Assembly (NCBI GenBank): GCA_947381905.1 | Contig: CANCXL010000008.1 | Coordinates: 2,037-66,036, forward strand | DNA: 64,000 nucleotides | Reading direction: 5' to 3' | Source of the DNA: an uncultured Clostridiaceae bacterium | GTDB lineage: Bacteria > Bacillota > Clostridia > TANB77 > CAG-465 | Part shown: positions 19,806-29,840 of the stretch, in pieces | Layout: every line of letters starts with the position of its first letter | Numbering within the stretch: the first letter of the stretch is position 1 | Program-made: the position numbers and the translations under genes | The notes under the pieces: model-generated | The model's input: the letters and a program-made list of their open reading frames with translations, nothing else | Told to the model about the DNA's origin: nothing | The model's database searches: none

Positions 19806-21363
19806 ATATAAAGATTCAATATTTGAGAATATATATAAAAGTACAAGAAGAATAAATGCATATTTAAGACAAAGTAAAATTAAAAGAGTAAAAGTATATA
19901 TAATACTTTTAGTATTAATTATAACTACTATTAATCCAGTTTATGGTATTGTTGAAAATACTAATATAGAATATGGAAATTATAATATTTTATCTGATAT
20001 AGATGAGTTTGCATATGTGGCATATAATGGAAAACAACAACCTAATATACAGTATTATTATTTAAAAGACAATCAAAAGATTCCAGCATATTGCTTAAAT
20101 TATGGTATGAAAGGTGCAGAAGAAGGAGATTATGGTCATGATGTTGATGTACAACAAAAAATAAATGATAATGCACTAAAAATGATTATATTAAATGGAT
20201 ATCCATATAAAACATTAGAAGAATTAAAACTAAATAGTATTTCCGAAGCGGTGTTTGCTACTCAATGTGCAATTTGGTGTTATATAGATAGTGATAAATT
20301 TAATATTGAAAATGTTAAACCATTAAGCCATATGAATGATAGACTTGTTGAATGTATAAAAGAAATATATAAAGCAAAAGATGATAACATAGATGATTAT
20401 AATATAGATTTTGATTTAGATATGGGAAGCCAAGAAACCGTTGTAATTGATGGAAAAGAGTATTATAAAAAGAAAGTAGAAATTTTAAAGTCAAATAACA
20501 TAAAGTGCATTAATATAGATTGTAAAGATAATAATATAATAGTAGAAAGGATAAATAATAGTTGTTATAACTTATACATTAAAGCAGATGTAGTAAAAGA
20601 AAAATATAACGCAAAACTTAATATAAATATAGATGCAAAAGAAAATGTTGTCTTATTTGGTAAAAGTAAAAAGCAAGGATATCAAGATATTGCATTAACA
20701 CTAAAGGATGACTATAGCACAAGTATTAATAAAGAAATACAATTTACAAAATATAATACAAAACTAAAAATCATAAAAAGAGATAAAGATACAAATAAGC
20801 CACTTAAAGATATAAAATACCATATAACAGACAGCTTAGGGTTAATAAATAGTGATTTTATTACAGACGAAAATGGAGAAATTAATTTGTGTTATGCTAA
20901 TTCTCAAGATATGATAGTAACGTTAAAAGAAATTGAAACTAATTCAAGTTATATTATAGATGACATAGAATATACATATAATATTATTCCAAATGACGAA
21001 AAAGAAATAGAATTATATAATAAAAAGAAAAAGGGATATATAGAATTATACAAGAGAACTAAAGAATATAATGAGCTAACAGGTATTGCAGAAAATAGTC
21101 CTTTAGAGGGAGTTATATTTAATATATATAATGATAAAGATGAGGTTGTTGATGTACTAATAACAGATGATCAAGGATATGCTAAAAGTAAGGAACTTGA
21201 GCTTGGAAAGTATTATATTGAAGAAATACAAACAAATGAATATTATGAGAAACTAAAAGAAAGAATAGAGGTAGAAATATTAGAAAACGAAGACAAAGTT
21301 AATATTCAAGTTCTAAATGCTAATGCATATATTCAAAGAAAATTACCTGTAACAGGAAGATAA
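19789..21363 (+). CDS. Secreted thioester-domain (TQxA) adhesin or pilin-like protein with Cna-B/SpaA-type repeats, ending in LPVTGR
   Basis: Signal peptide; TQCAIW (TQxA thioester motif); two Ig-like repeat regions (LKIIKRDKDTNKPL.., GVIFNIYNDKDE..); an LPxTG motif 1 aa before the stop. Confidence 0.7.
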   Translation: MRKLYKYKDSIFENIYKSTRRINAYLRQSKIKRVKVYIILLVLIITTINPVYGIVENTNIEYGNYNILSDIDEFAYVAYNGKQQPNIQYYYLKDNQKIPAYCLNYGMKGAEEGDYGHDVDVQQKINDNALKMIILNGYPYKTLEELKLNSISEAVFATQCAIWCYIDSDKFNIENVKPLSHMNDRLVECIKEIYKAKDDNIDDYNIDFDLDMGSQETVVIDGKEYYKKKVEILKSNNIKCINIDCKDNNIIVERINNSCYNLYIKADVVKEKYNAKLNINIDAKENVVLFGKSKKQGYQDIALTLKDDYSTSINKEIQFTKYNTKLKIIKRDKDTNKPLKDIKYHITDSLGLINSDFITDENGEINLCYANSQDMIVTLKEIETNSSYIIDDIEYTYNIIPNDEKEIELYNKKKKGYIELYKRTKEYNELTGIAENSPLEGVIFNIYNDKDEVVDVLITDDQGYAKSKELELGKYYIEEIQTNEYYEKLKERIEVEILENEDKVNIQVLNANAYIQRKLPVTGR

Positions 21364-21440
21364 AATTTGACAAAATTTTTGATTAAATTATTGTTTTTAT
21401 AGTACTTATATTATATAATTTAGTCCGGAGGATGATTAGT

Positions 21441-22505
21441 ATGCCTAAAGTTTGGTATAAAGTTGTAATCGCAATCATATCTATAATTTTGTTATTATTC
21501 CTTATAGGATTTAGTATATTAGTATTTTCAGAGTATTTTCCTGAAGATAGGGAAACGTTAAATGTTGAGGGAGAAAGTACAAAAGAATTAGAAATAGATA
21601 AAAGTATAAATATAATTACATATAATTTAGGATATTTATCTTTAGATAATACACAAGATTTTTTTATGGACGGAGGAAAGGGCGTAAGACCTAAAAATGC
21701 TACAACAGTTACAAAGAATTTAGCAGCTGTAAAAAATTTTATTGAAAATCAAGATGTAGATGTGTATTTGTTTCAAGAGGTAGATACAAATTCTAAAAGA
21801 TCATATTATATGAATGAATATGATGGACTAAAAGAGGTATTTGATGGAACAGCTTCTTTTGCATATATGTTTAAATCATTATACATACCATATCCTATAT
21901 TAGAGCCTGTAGGACATGTAGAAAGTGGAAATGTTACATTAAATAAATTTAATGTTAAAGAGGCAACTCGTATTGCGTTACCTAGTGCATATAGTTGGCC
22001 AAAAAGAGCTGTTATGTATAAAAACCCTATTTTAGAAGAAAGAGTTGAAATAAAAGACAGCCAAAAGGAACTTGTAATTTATAATGTTCATTTAGATGCT
22101 TATGGAAAAAAAGATGGAAAAGGTGAACAACTTAATGTTTTAATAGAAAATATGAAAGCAGAAGTTGAAAAAGGAAACTATGTAATAGCAGGTGGAGACT
22201 TCAATCAAACATTTCCTGATGTTGATTTAGAAAAATATCCAGTTGTTGATACTAAAAATTTTGTTCCAACTCAACTTTCAGCAGATGTATTGCCAGAAAA
22301 ATGGAAATTTGTTACCGATGCATCTAAACCTACATCACGTCTATTAAATGAAGTATATACTGGAAATTATGATAAAACTCAACTATATGTTATAGATGGA
22401 TATATTGTTGGTCCAAACATTGAAGTAAGACAAGTTGAAACTATAGAAAACAATTTTTCATATAGTGACCATCATCCAGTAAAAATTAGAATTAAATTAA
22501 AATAG
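21441..22505 (+). CDS. Endonuclease/exonuclease/phosphatase (EEP) family protein, membrane anchored
   Basis: QEVD and C-terminal SDHHPV motifs; ATG at 21441 lies 9 nt after GGAGG. Confidence 0.75.
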   Translation: MPKVWYKVVIAIISIILLLFLIGFSILVFSEYFPEDRETLNVEGESTKELEIDKSINIITYNLGYLSLDNTQDFFMDGGKGVRPKNATTVTKNLAAVKNFIENQDVDVYLFQEVDTNSKRSYYMNEYDGLKEVFDGTASFAYMFKSLYIPYPILEPVGHVESGNVTLNKFNVKEATRIALPSAYSWPKRAVMYKNPILEERVEIKDSQKELVIYNVHLDAYGKKDGKGEQLNVLIENMKAEVEKGNYVIAGGDFNQTFPDVDLEKYPVVDTKNFVPTQLSADVLPEKWKFVTDASKPTSRLLNEVYTGNYDKTQLYVIDGYIVGPNIEVRQVETIENNFSYSDHHPVKIRIKLK

Positions 22506-22517
22506 TGAGGTATATTA

Positions 22518-23723
22518 ATGGAAATAAGTAATAATGTTTTTTATGTTGGAGTACAAGATAAAAATTTAAAAGTATTTGATGTAATTATGGAAGCAAAGCA
22601 TGGTACATCATATAATGCTTATCTTGTAAAAGGAACACAGAAAAATGCGTTAATTGAAACTGTTAAAAATGAATTTTGCAATGAATATATATCAAATATA
22701 GAAAAGTATGTAAAGATTACAGAGATAGATTATCTAATAGTAAATCATACAGAGCCAGATCATGCAGGTGCAGTATCAAGAATTTTACAACTTAATCCAA
22801 ATATTGTTGTATGTGGTACAAAGATGGCTATAGATTTTGTAAGAAATATAGTAAATTTTGATTTTAAATCTGAAGTGTTAACTGCAAATGATAGTTTAGA
22901 ACTTGGAAATAAGCAACTTAAATTTTTTGCTTTTCCTATGCTTCATTGGCCAGATTCAATGTATACATATATAAAAGAAGATAAAATGCTATTTACATGT
23001 GATTCCTTTGGAGTTCATTATTCAAGTGAAAAGATTTTTAATGATGAGGTAGAACCAGAAGGTGTTCTAAAAAATAGTGAAATATTAGATGAATATAAAT
23101 ATTATTTTGAAAATATATTAGGACCATTTAAAAATCCGTTTTTATTAAATGCATTAAATAAAATTAGTTTAATACCTATAGATTATATTTGTCCAGGTCA
23201 TGGAATGATTATAAGAAAAGATATTGAAAAGTATATTAATTTGTATAAAGAGTGGTGTGAAGATAAAAACAAAGGCAAAAGAAAGGTTACAGTATGTTAT
23301 GTTTCATCATATGGATATACTAAAAAAATGGCTAAAGCATTTGTAGAGGGATTAAAAGAATATGACCTTGATGTTAAGGAATATGACCTTCAAAATGATG
23401 ATATAGAAAAAGCTAAAAAAGATGTTACAACATCTGATGGAATTATAATAGGTTCTCCTACTATTTTATCTGAAGCATTACCACAAGTATATGAGGTTAT
23501 GGCTCCACTTAATCCAATTTTAAACAAAGGAATGTATGCTATAGCTTTCGGATCTTATGCATGGAGCGGAGAGGCAGCAATGAACATATCTTCTGTGATG
23601 TCTATGTTAAAATTTAATATGCCTTTTGATCCAATAAGAGTAAAACTTAATCCATCAGATTTTGAGTTAGATAATATAAGACAAAAAGCAAAAGAATTTG
23701 CTCAAATTATAATAAATAAGTAA
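22518..23723 (+). CDS. FprA-type flavodiiron protein (MBL-like plus flavodoxin domains)
   Basis: HTEPDHAG di-iron motif in the N-terminal domain; flavodoxin-like C-terminal domain (VCYVSSYGYTKKMA). Confidence 0.85.
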   Translation: MEISNNVFYVGVQDKNLKVFDVIMEAKHGTSYNAYLVKGTQKNALIETVKNEFCNEYISNIEKYVKITEIDYLIVNHTEPDHAGAVSRILQLNPNIVVCGTKMAIDFVRNIVNFDFKSEVLTANDSLELGNKQLKFFAFPMLHWPDSMYTYIKEDKMLFTCDSFGVHYSSEKIFNDEVEPEGVLKNSEILDEYKYYFENILGPFKNPFLLNALNKISLIPIDYICPGHGMIIRKDIEKYINLYKEWCEDKNKGKRKVTVCYVSSYGYTKKMAKAFVEGLKEYDLDVKEYDLQNDDIEKAKKDVTTSDGIIIGSPTILSEALPQVYEVMAPLNPILNKGMYAIAFGSYAWSGEAAMNISSVMSMLKFNMPFDPIRVKLNPSDFELDNIRQKAKEFAQIIINK

Positions 23724-23725
23724 AA

Positions 23726-23753
23726 AAAGTGCACTGAAATAGTGCACTTTTTA
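23726..23753 (+). terminator. Intrinsic terminator
   Basis: AAAGTGCAC / GTGCACTTT stem plus a T-run. Confidence 0.75.
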
Positions 23754-23796
23754 CTTCTATGTGTTAGAATGTATACTGTAGTTTTGAGGTGAATAA

Positions 23797-24651
23797 ATGA
23801 TTATTGCATATATATTATTAGCTTTTGTTGTAATAATGCTTGTTGTACTTTTGCTTATATATATTAGTAATAATATATTAAAAGTAAAAAGATATAATAT
23901 AAAAAATAATAAAATACCTGATGAATTTAATGATTTCAAGATTGTTCAAATTAGTGATGTTCATAGCAAAATGTTTGGAGAAAATAATTCTATTTTAATT
24001 AATGAAATTAAGAAAATTAATCCAGATATAGTTGTTATGACTGGAGATATAATAGACGATTCTACAGAAAATGTAGTGGAATATGTTAAGAACTTTGAAC
24101 CAATATTTAAACTATATCCAACATATTATTCAATAGGAAATCATGAAAGAAAACTTGGATATAAAAAATATAAATTATATATAGATACACTAAAAGAAAA
24201 TGGAGTAAATGTAATTATAAATGGAAGTGTTGAGTGTAAAAGAAATAATTCAACAATAGTTATAAGTGCTCTTAAATTTAGAGAAAATATGCAACCAAAA
24301 GTACTAACAGAAAAAAGAAAAAATAAATATATAAGCTATATGAAAGCAAAGCTTAGTAGTATTGACAAAAATAATTATAACGTGTTGCTTACTCATGATC
24401 CTGAAAATTTTGAAATGTATGAAAAGTTAAAAGTAGATTTAATATTTTCTGGACATGTTCATGGTGGGTTAATTAGGCTTGGAAAAATCTGCCTATTATC
24501 ACCTAGAAGAAAATTATTTCCTAAATATGGATATGGAAAACATAAAATAAACAACACAACACTAATAGTTAATTCTGGTATGGGAAATGCATCCATACCA
24601 ATTAGAATGTTTAATAGACCTGAAATTGTTTTAGTAACATTAAAAAAGTAA
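23797..24651 (+). CDS. Calcineurin-like metallophosphoesterase, membrane anchored
   Basis: SDVH, GDIID, GNHE and GHVHGG motifs. Confidence 0.8.
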   Translation: MIIAYILLAFVVIMLVVLLLIYISNNILKVKRYNIKNNKIPDEFNDFKIVQISDVHSKMFGENNSILINEIKKINPDIVVMTGDIIDDSTENVVEYVKNFEPIFKLYPTYYSIGNHERKLGYKKYKLYIDTLKENGVNVIINGSVECKRNNSTIVISALKFRENMQPKVLTEKRKNKYISYMKAKLSSIDKNNYNVLLTHDPENFEMYEKLKVDLIFSGHVHGGLIRLGKICLLSPRRKLFPKYGYGKHKINNTTLIVNSGMGNASIPIRMFNRPEIVLVTLKK

Positions 24652-24767
24652 ATATTATCTTAATAAAAATAGTTAAGATAATATTTTTTATCTAAAAATA
24701 TATAATAAAAGTTGCATTATTATGTCACGTGTGATATAATAAAAATATGCGTTTAAGGGAGGAAAAA

Positions 24768-25496
24768 ATGGAAGAGTTAGATATAATCGAACTATTATAT
24801 GCTCTAAAAGACAAATTAAAATACATAATAACGACTGTGATAATATTTGCATTATTAGGTCTAATATATTCTAAATTTTTAGTGACACCAATGTATAAAT
24901 CTAGTACATCATTTGTATTATCTAAATCAAAATCTCAATCAGAAACAAATATTACATCAAATGAAGCTATTACTCAAAGTGATATAACATTAAACTCAAA
25001 ATTAGTATCAACATATAGTGAAATAATAAGAAGCAAAACAATTGCAAAAACTGTTATACAATCATTAGGACTTGATATGAGTGTTAGCGAATTTATATCT
25101 AATGTAAGTGTAAGTTCTAAAGCCGATACAGAGCTTATTATAGTGACTGTATCAAATGAAAATGGAAAACTTGCAGCAGATATAGCAAATTCATTAACAG
25201 AAGTATTTAGAGATAAAGTAAATGATGTTTATAATATAGACAACTTGTCTGTAATCGACATAGCAGAGCCAACAGATGCTCCATATAATATTGGAACAGT
25301 AAAAAATATTGCTTTATTTGCAATAGTTGGTCTAGTATTGTCTTGTGCAGTAGTATTTGTTATTGTTTATTTTGACGATACAGTAAAAGATGAAAAGGAT
25401 ATTGAAAATTTATTAAATATTCCTGTAATTGCGTCTATACCTAAACTTGAAACAGATGAAGAAGGAGGTAAATTTAAATGGAAAAAAGTGAAATAA
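24768..25496 (+). CDS. Wzz/CpsC-type polysaccharide co-polymerase (BY-kinase transmembrane modulator)
   Basis: Two TM helices flank a periplasmic-type domain; ATG at 24768 follows AGGGAGG; it lies upstream of the CpsD-like kinase. Confidence 0.8.
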   Translation: MEELDIIELLYALKDKLKYIITTVIIFALLGLIYSKFLVTPMYKSSTSFVLSKSKSQSETNITSNEAITQSDITLNSKLVSTYSEIIRSKTIAKTVIQSLGLDMSVSEFISNVSVSSKADTELIIVTVSNENGKLAADIANSLTEVFRDKVNDVYNIDNLSVIDIAEPTDAPYNIGTVKNIALFAIVGLVLSCAVVFVIVYFDDTVKDEKDIENLLNIPVIASIPKLETDEEGGKFKWKKVK

Positions 25497-26200
25497 TTGT
25501 AAATGATTTTCCTCGTTCACCTGTATCTGAATCCTTTAGATTATTTAGAACAAATCTATTATATTTATTTGAAAATGATGATAGCAAAGTTATTTGCTTA
25601 ACTTCGTCAAATGCAAACGAAGGAAAAAGCTGGGTAACAGCTAATCTTGCTATTTCTTGTGCACAATATGGTAAAAAAGTTTTAATAATTGATGCGGATT
25701 TAAGAAAAGGTAGACAGCATAGAATATTTAAGAAAACAAACAGAAGTGGATTTTCAGATTTACTTAAAAATCTTAGAGGAAACTTAAAAGAAGAAGATAT
25801 TCAAAAAATAGAAGAAGATTTAACAATAAAAATCCAAGATACAGATATTCATAATTTATATTTATTAACTTCAGGTCCAGTACCATTTAATCCATCTGAA
25901 TTATTAGGTACAGCAAACATTGAATTATTATTAAAACTATTAAAGAAGGAATTCGATTTAATAATAATCGATACACCACCAGCATCAATTATAACTGATG
26001 CATTAATATTTGCTACAAAAGTAGACTATATGTTTATAGTTGCTTCTTCAAGAAAAACTAAAAAAGAATTATTAGTAAATACTAAAAAAGCTATTGAAGC
26101 AGTAGGTGGAAAAATACCTGGAATTATTCTTAATGAAATATCTAATCAAAGAAGAAAAGAGTATTCTAAATCATATCAAAAATACTCTATTGAAAAATAA
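25478..26200 (+). CDS. CpsD/CapB-type bacterial tyrosine kinase (cytoplasmic ATPase part)
   Basis: Walker A NEGKS, Walker A' IIDADLRK, Walker B IIIDTPP. Confidence 0.85.
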   Translation: MEKSEIIVNDFPRSPVSESFRLFRTNLLYLFENDDSKVICLTSSNANEGKSWVTANLAISCAQYGKKVLIIDADLRKGRQHRIFKKTNRSGFSDLLKNLRGNLKEEDIQKIEEDLTIKIQDTDIHNLYLLTSGPVPFNPSELLGTANIELLLKLLKKEFDLIIIDTPPASIITDALIFATKVDYMFIVASSRKTKKELLVNTKKAIEAVGGKIPGIILNEISNQRRKEYSKSYQKYSIEK

Positions 26201-26262
26201 GAAAATTAACAGGGTAAATACAAATATTTACTCTGTTATTGTTTTAGAGAGGAGAAAAAAAT

Positions 26263-27009
26263 ATGATAGATATGCATTGTCATATTATTCCATATACAGA
26301 TGATGGAGCAATAGATTTAAATACTAGCATTGATATGGCAAGAAAAGCTAAAGATGTAGGATATGAAGGTATCTTTGCTACATCACATTATATTATTCCA
26401 GATAACGAAGTTCTAAATGAAGAATATGTTCAAAATATAAAAAAAATAAATGATACATTAGAAAAAGAAAATATAGATATAAAAATATATCATGGAAATG
26501 AGATTTTTTTTACAAATGATATAATTGATTTGGTAAAAGATCATAAAGTGTGCACTTTAGGTGATTCCAAATACGTACTTGTTGAACTTCCTTTATTTAA
26601 TAGTATAATACCAATGAATGTATATGAAGAGTTTAATAAATTACAAGATGAAGGATATGTTCCAATTCTTGCTCATCCTGAAAGATATGATTTTGTAACA
26701 AGAGACATTAAAAATTTAATCCCATTAATAGAGGCAGGAGTACTTCTTCAATCAAATATTGCAAGTATTACTGGAAAATATGGAAGAAATCCTCAAAGGA
26801 ATATAAAAAAAATGCTTAAATCAAATATGGTTCATTTATTAGGAACAGACTCTCATACAACAAGTGTCTATGAGATTTATGATAAAGCGATGAATAAAAT
26901 TAAAAGAACATTAAAAAATGATGAAATGCTAAATACTATATTAAATGAAAATCCAGACAAAATATTAAATAATGAAGAGATATCTATATGGTATCCAAAA
27001 AGCAAATAG
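26263..27009 (+). CDS. CpsB/YwqE-type PHP-family protein-tyrosine phosphatase
   Basis: Starts MIDMHCHI; contains LAHPERY and GTDSH motifs. Confidence 0.85.
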   Translation: MIDMHCHIIPYTDDGAIDLNTSIDMARKAKDVGYEGIFATSHYIIPDNEVLNEEYVQNIKKINDTLEKENIDIKIYHGNEIFFTNDIIDLVKDHKVCTLGDSKYVLVELPLFNSIIPMNVYEEFNKLQDEGYVPILAHPERYDFVTRDIKNLIPLIEAGVLLQSNIASITGKYGRNPQRNIKKMLKSNMVHLLGTDSHTTSVYEIYDKAMNKIKRTLKNDEMLNTILNENPDKILNNEEISIWYPKSK

Positions 27010-27086
27010 GGTGTAACTTTAAGTTATATCCTTTTTTTTGATTTATTTTTCATTTTTTATGTGATATAATCTTTAAAGGTGATTAT

Positions 27087-28364
27087 ATGAGACAAGAAGA
27101 AAAACAAAAAGCCATAATTGTTGGTGTAAATGTAGATTATAGAGAAAACTTTTTAAAACTTATGGATGAACTTGAAAATCTTACACTTGCATGTGATATA
27201 GAGGTTGTAGGAAGAGAATATCAAAATTTAATTGAGATAAACAAACCACTTTATGTAGGAAAAGGAAAAGCAGAAGAAATAGCACAAAAAGCAGAAGCTT
27301 TAGATGTGGACTATGTTATTTTTAATAACGAACTATCTGGATCACAACTTAGAAATTTATCTAAAATAATTAAATGCGAAGTTTTAGATAGGACAACTTT
27401 AATTCTTGAGATTTTTTCAAGAAGAGCTAGAACTAAAGAGGCAAAATTACAGGTAGAAGTTGCAAGACTTGAGTATATGCTTCCAAGACTTGTAGGATTA
27501 CATTCTTCTTTAGGAAGACAAGGCGGTGGCTCTGGTTCTGGATTTTTTAACAAAGGTTCTGGAGAGAAAAAAATAGAATTAGATAGAAGAAGAATTGAAG
27601 AAAAACTTACAGATTTAAGAAGAGAACTTGATGAATTATCTAAAGATAGGGAGGTCCAAAGAAAGAAAAGAGAAGAATCTGAAATCCCTTTGGTCTCTCT
27701 AGTTGGATATACAAATGCTGGAAAGTCATCTTTAATGAATTATATGATTGATAGGTTTGTTAAGGACGATGATAAAAAAGTATATGAAGAAGATATGCTT
27801 TTTGCAACTCTAGAAACGTCTGTAAGAAAAATTGAACTTGAAGATAACAGAAAATTTTTATTATCTGATACAGTAGGTTTTATAAGTGATTTGCCTCATG
27901 ATTTAGTAAAAGCCTTTAGATCTACACTTGAAGAAATAAAAAATGCAGATTTATTAGTTCAGGTTATAGATTATTCAGATAAGGACTTTGTTGAACATAT
28001 GCAAGTTACAAAAGAAACATTACAAAAAATTGGAGCTGGAGATATTCCTGTTATATATGTGTATAATAAGTCTGAGTTAATGCTTGAAAAACTTCCACTT
28101 GTTGATGGAGACGAAATATATCTATCAATAAGAGAAAAAAGAGGAATGAATGAATTAATAGATATAATAATTGATAAGATATTTAGTACATATAAAAAAT
28201 GTAGGATGCGTATTCCTTTTTCTGAAGGTAGTATTGTTTCATACTTAAATGAAAACGCAAATGTTATATCTACAGATTATGATGATAAGGGAACAATTTT
28301 AACATTAGAATGTAGAGAAGCTCAATTTAATAAATATAAAGAATATGTGATAGAAGAAGTATAA
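27087..28364 (+). CDS. hflX: GTPase HflX
   Basis: HflX N-domain (QLRNL...LILEIFSRRA), G1 GYTNAGKSS, G3 DTVGF, NK.E. Confidence 0.9.
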   Translation: MRQEEKQKAIIVGVNVDYRENFLKLMDELENLTLACDIEVVGREYQNLIEINKPLYVGKGKAEEIAQKAEALDVDYVIFNNELSGSQLRNLSKIIKCEVLDRTTLILEIFSRRARTKEAKLQVEVARLEYMLPRLVGLHSSLGRQGGGSGSGFFNKGSGEKKIELDRRRIEEKLTDLRRELDELSKDREVQRKKREESEIPLVSLVGYTNAGKSSLMNYMIDRFVKDDDKKVYEEDMLFATLETSVRKIELEDNRKFLLSDTVGFISDLPHDLVKAFRSTLEEIKNADLLVQVIDYSDKDFVEHMQVTKETLQKIGAGDIPVIYVYNKSELMLEKLPLVDGDEIYLSIREKRGMNELIDIIIDKIFSTYKKCRMRIPFSEGSIVSYLNENANVISTDYDDKGTILTLECREAQFNKYKEYVIEEV

Positions 28365-28412
28365 TGCTTCTTCTTTTTTTATATTTTTTAAAATTTTGAA
28401 AATAATATTACT

Positions 28413-28760
28413 ATGGATGCAATTATTTATATTATAGTTGGAATTACTAATGGACTTTTTTCTAGTGGCGCAGGACAAATTTTAGTTTTTTACTTAATTT
28501 ATATATTAAAGCAAGATACTGTAAAGTCTAGAGAATTTTCTCTTATAGTCATGCCAATAATTAGTATAGTTACATTTATTTTATATTGTTTTAAGAGTAA
28601 TATTAACTTTGTACAATTAATAATATTTGTTATTATTTCTATAATACTTGGATTTGTAGGTAGTAAGATAATGAGTAAAATCAATTCTAATATTTTAAAT
28701 TTATTTTCTGGAGTATTACTAGTTATAATAACTGCTTTTAGTTTATGGAGGCTCAAATGA
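28413..28760 (+). CDS. TauE/SafE (TSUP) family half-size membrane protein, part 1
   Basis: 115 aa with about 4 TM helices and glycine-rich helix starts (GLFSSGAGQIL). Confidence 0.6.
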   Translation: MDAIIYIIVGITNGLFSSGAGQILVFYLIYILKQDTVKSREFSLIVMPIISIVTFILYCFKSNINFVQLIIFVIISIILGFVGSKIMSKINSNILNLFSGVLLVIITAFSLWRLK

Positions 28761-29143
28761 TATATTTTATTTCAGGTATTTCATCAATACTTAGTGGTAT
28801 GGGAATTGGTGGAGGATCTTTATTTATATTATTAGTATTACTTTTTAACTTAATTGATTTAAATGAAGCTAGAACATATAATTTAGCAATGTTTATTGGA
28901 ATTGGAATTATGATGTCTTTAAAAAAATTTCAAACTATAAAAAATGAAAAGAAAAAATATATAAAAGCAATATTAATAATTGGTATTGGCTCTATTATTG
29001 GTTTTGGACTAAATAAATTTATAGAACAAAATTTGATTAAAAAAATATTTTATTATTTTATGTTGGTTATAGGTATATATGAAATAATTGTCAGTTTAAA
29101 AAATATAAAAAAGGATAAAAATATGATTAAGAAAGGAGAATAA
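28757..29143 (+). CDS. TauE/SafE (TSUP) family half-size membrane protein, part 2
   Basis: ATGA start/stop overlap with part 1; GGAGG lies 5 nt upstream; GMGIGGGSLF motif. Confidence 0.6.
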   Translation: MIYFISGISSILSGMGIGGGSLFILLVLLFNLIDLNEARTYNLAMFIGIGIMMSLKKFQTIKNEKKKYIKAILIIGIGSIIGFGLNKFIEQNLIKKIFYYFMLVIGIYEIIVSLKNIKKDKNMIKKGE

Positions 29144-29147
29144 TATT

Positions 29148-29285
29148 ATGGAATTTGTAAAAGGTACTATAATAGGAATTGTAGCAGGAACATGTATTGG
29201 ATATATGAAAAATGAGATGATATGTTCAGCAATGAAAAAAGGAAAGAGAGAATTTAGAAATTTAAAGAGAAAATTTAACTTTTAA
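29148..29285 (+). CDS. Unannotated 45-aa single-TM protein (MEFVKGTIIGIVAGTCIGYM...)
   Basis: Below the ORF-track cutoff. AAGGAG lies 9 nt upstream and a terminator-like hairpin follows (AAATTCTAAAGTAAT / ATTACTTTAGAATTT, about 29290-29330). Confidence 0.4.
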   Translation: MEFVKGTIIGIVAGTCIGYMKNEMICSAMKKGKREFRNLKRKFNF

Positions 29286-29443
29286 CTACTAAAATTCTAA
29301 AGTAATTTAGCATTACTTTAGAATTTTTTATGTAAAATAAAAGCTTTTTTACACTTTTTGTAAACTATCACTTGATATTTGAAAATATTTATAATATAAT
29401 TATATATGTATAAATTTAATTAGTTAGATATGGGGGGATCGTT

Positions 29444-29764
29444 ATGGCATATAAAAAAGTTATAACATCATCAATTTTAGTTGCAATTTTACTTGCATTT
29501 GTTAATGAGATGGTTTTTGCTGCAACAAATGTAGTTACTAATGATGCAGTTTTAGATGGAACATTAAATGTACTTGTTATGATACAAAAATACTCATGGC
29601 CAGTTGTTGTATTACTTATGATAGTTGCATTATATAAATTTTTTGTAACAGGTTCAGAGGTACTTGCTGATAAAGTAGTTGGACAAAATATGATAGTTGG
29701 TATTTCTGTATTTATGGTAGTTGTTCAATGTTTACCATTATTTTACGCATTATTCATTGTTTAG
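29444..29764 (+). CDS. Secreted or membrane protein of 106 aa (signal peptide plus two hydrophobic helices)
   Basis: GGGGGG RBS and an AxA-type signal peptide end (VFAAT). The topology is reminiscent of VirB2/TrbC-type pilins, but I can claim no sequence motif. Confidence 0.5.
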   Translation: MAYKKVITSSILVAILLAFVNEMVFAATNVVTNDAVLDGTLNVLVMIQKYSWPVVVLLMIVALYKFFVTGSEVLADKVVGQNMIVGISVFMVVVQCLPLFYALFIV

Positions 29765-29840
29765 AAAAATAAAATGATAATATAACATATTATAATTAAT
29801 ATATTACCTAATATTAAATTGATTAGAAGGGAAAGAGGAT

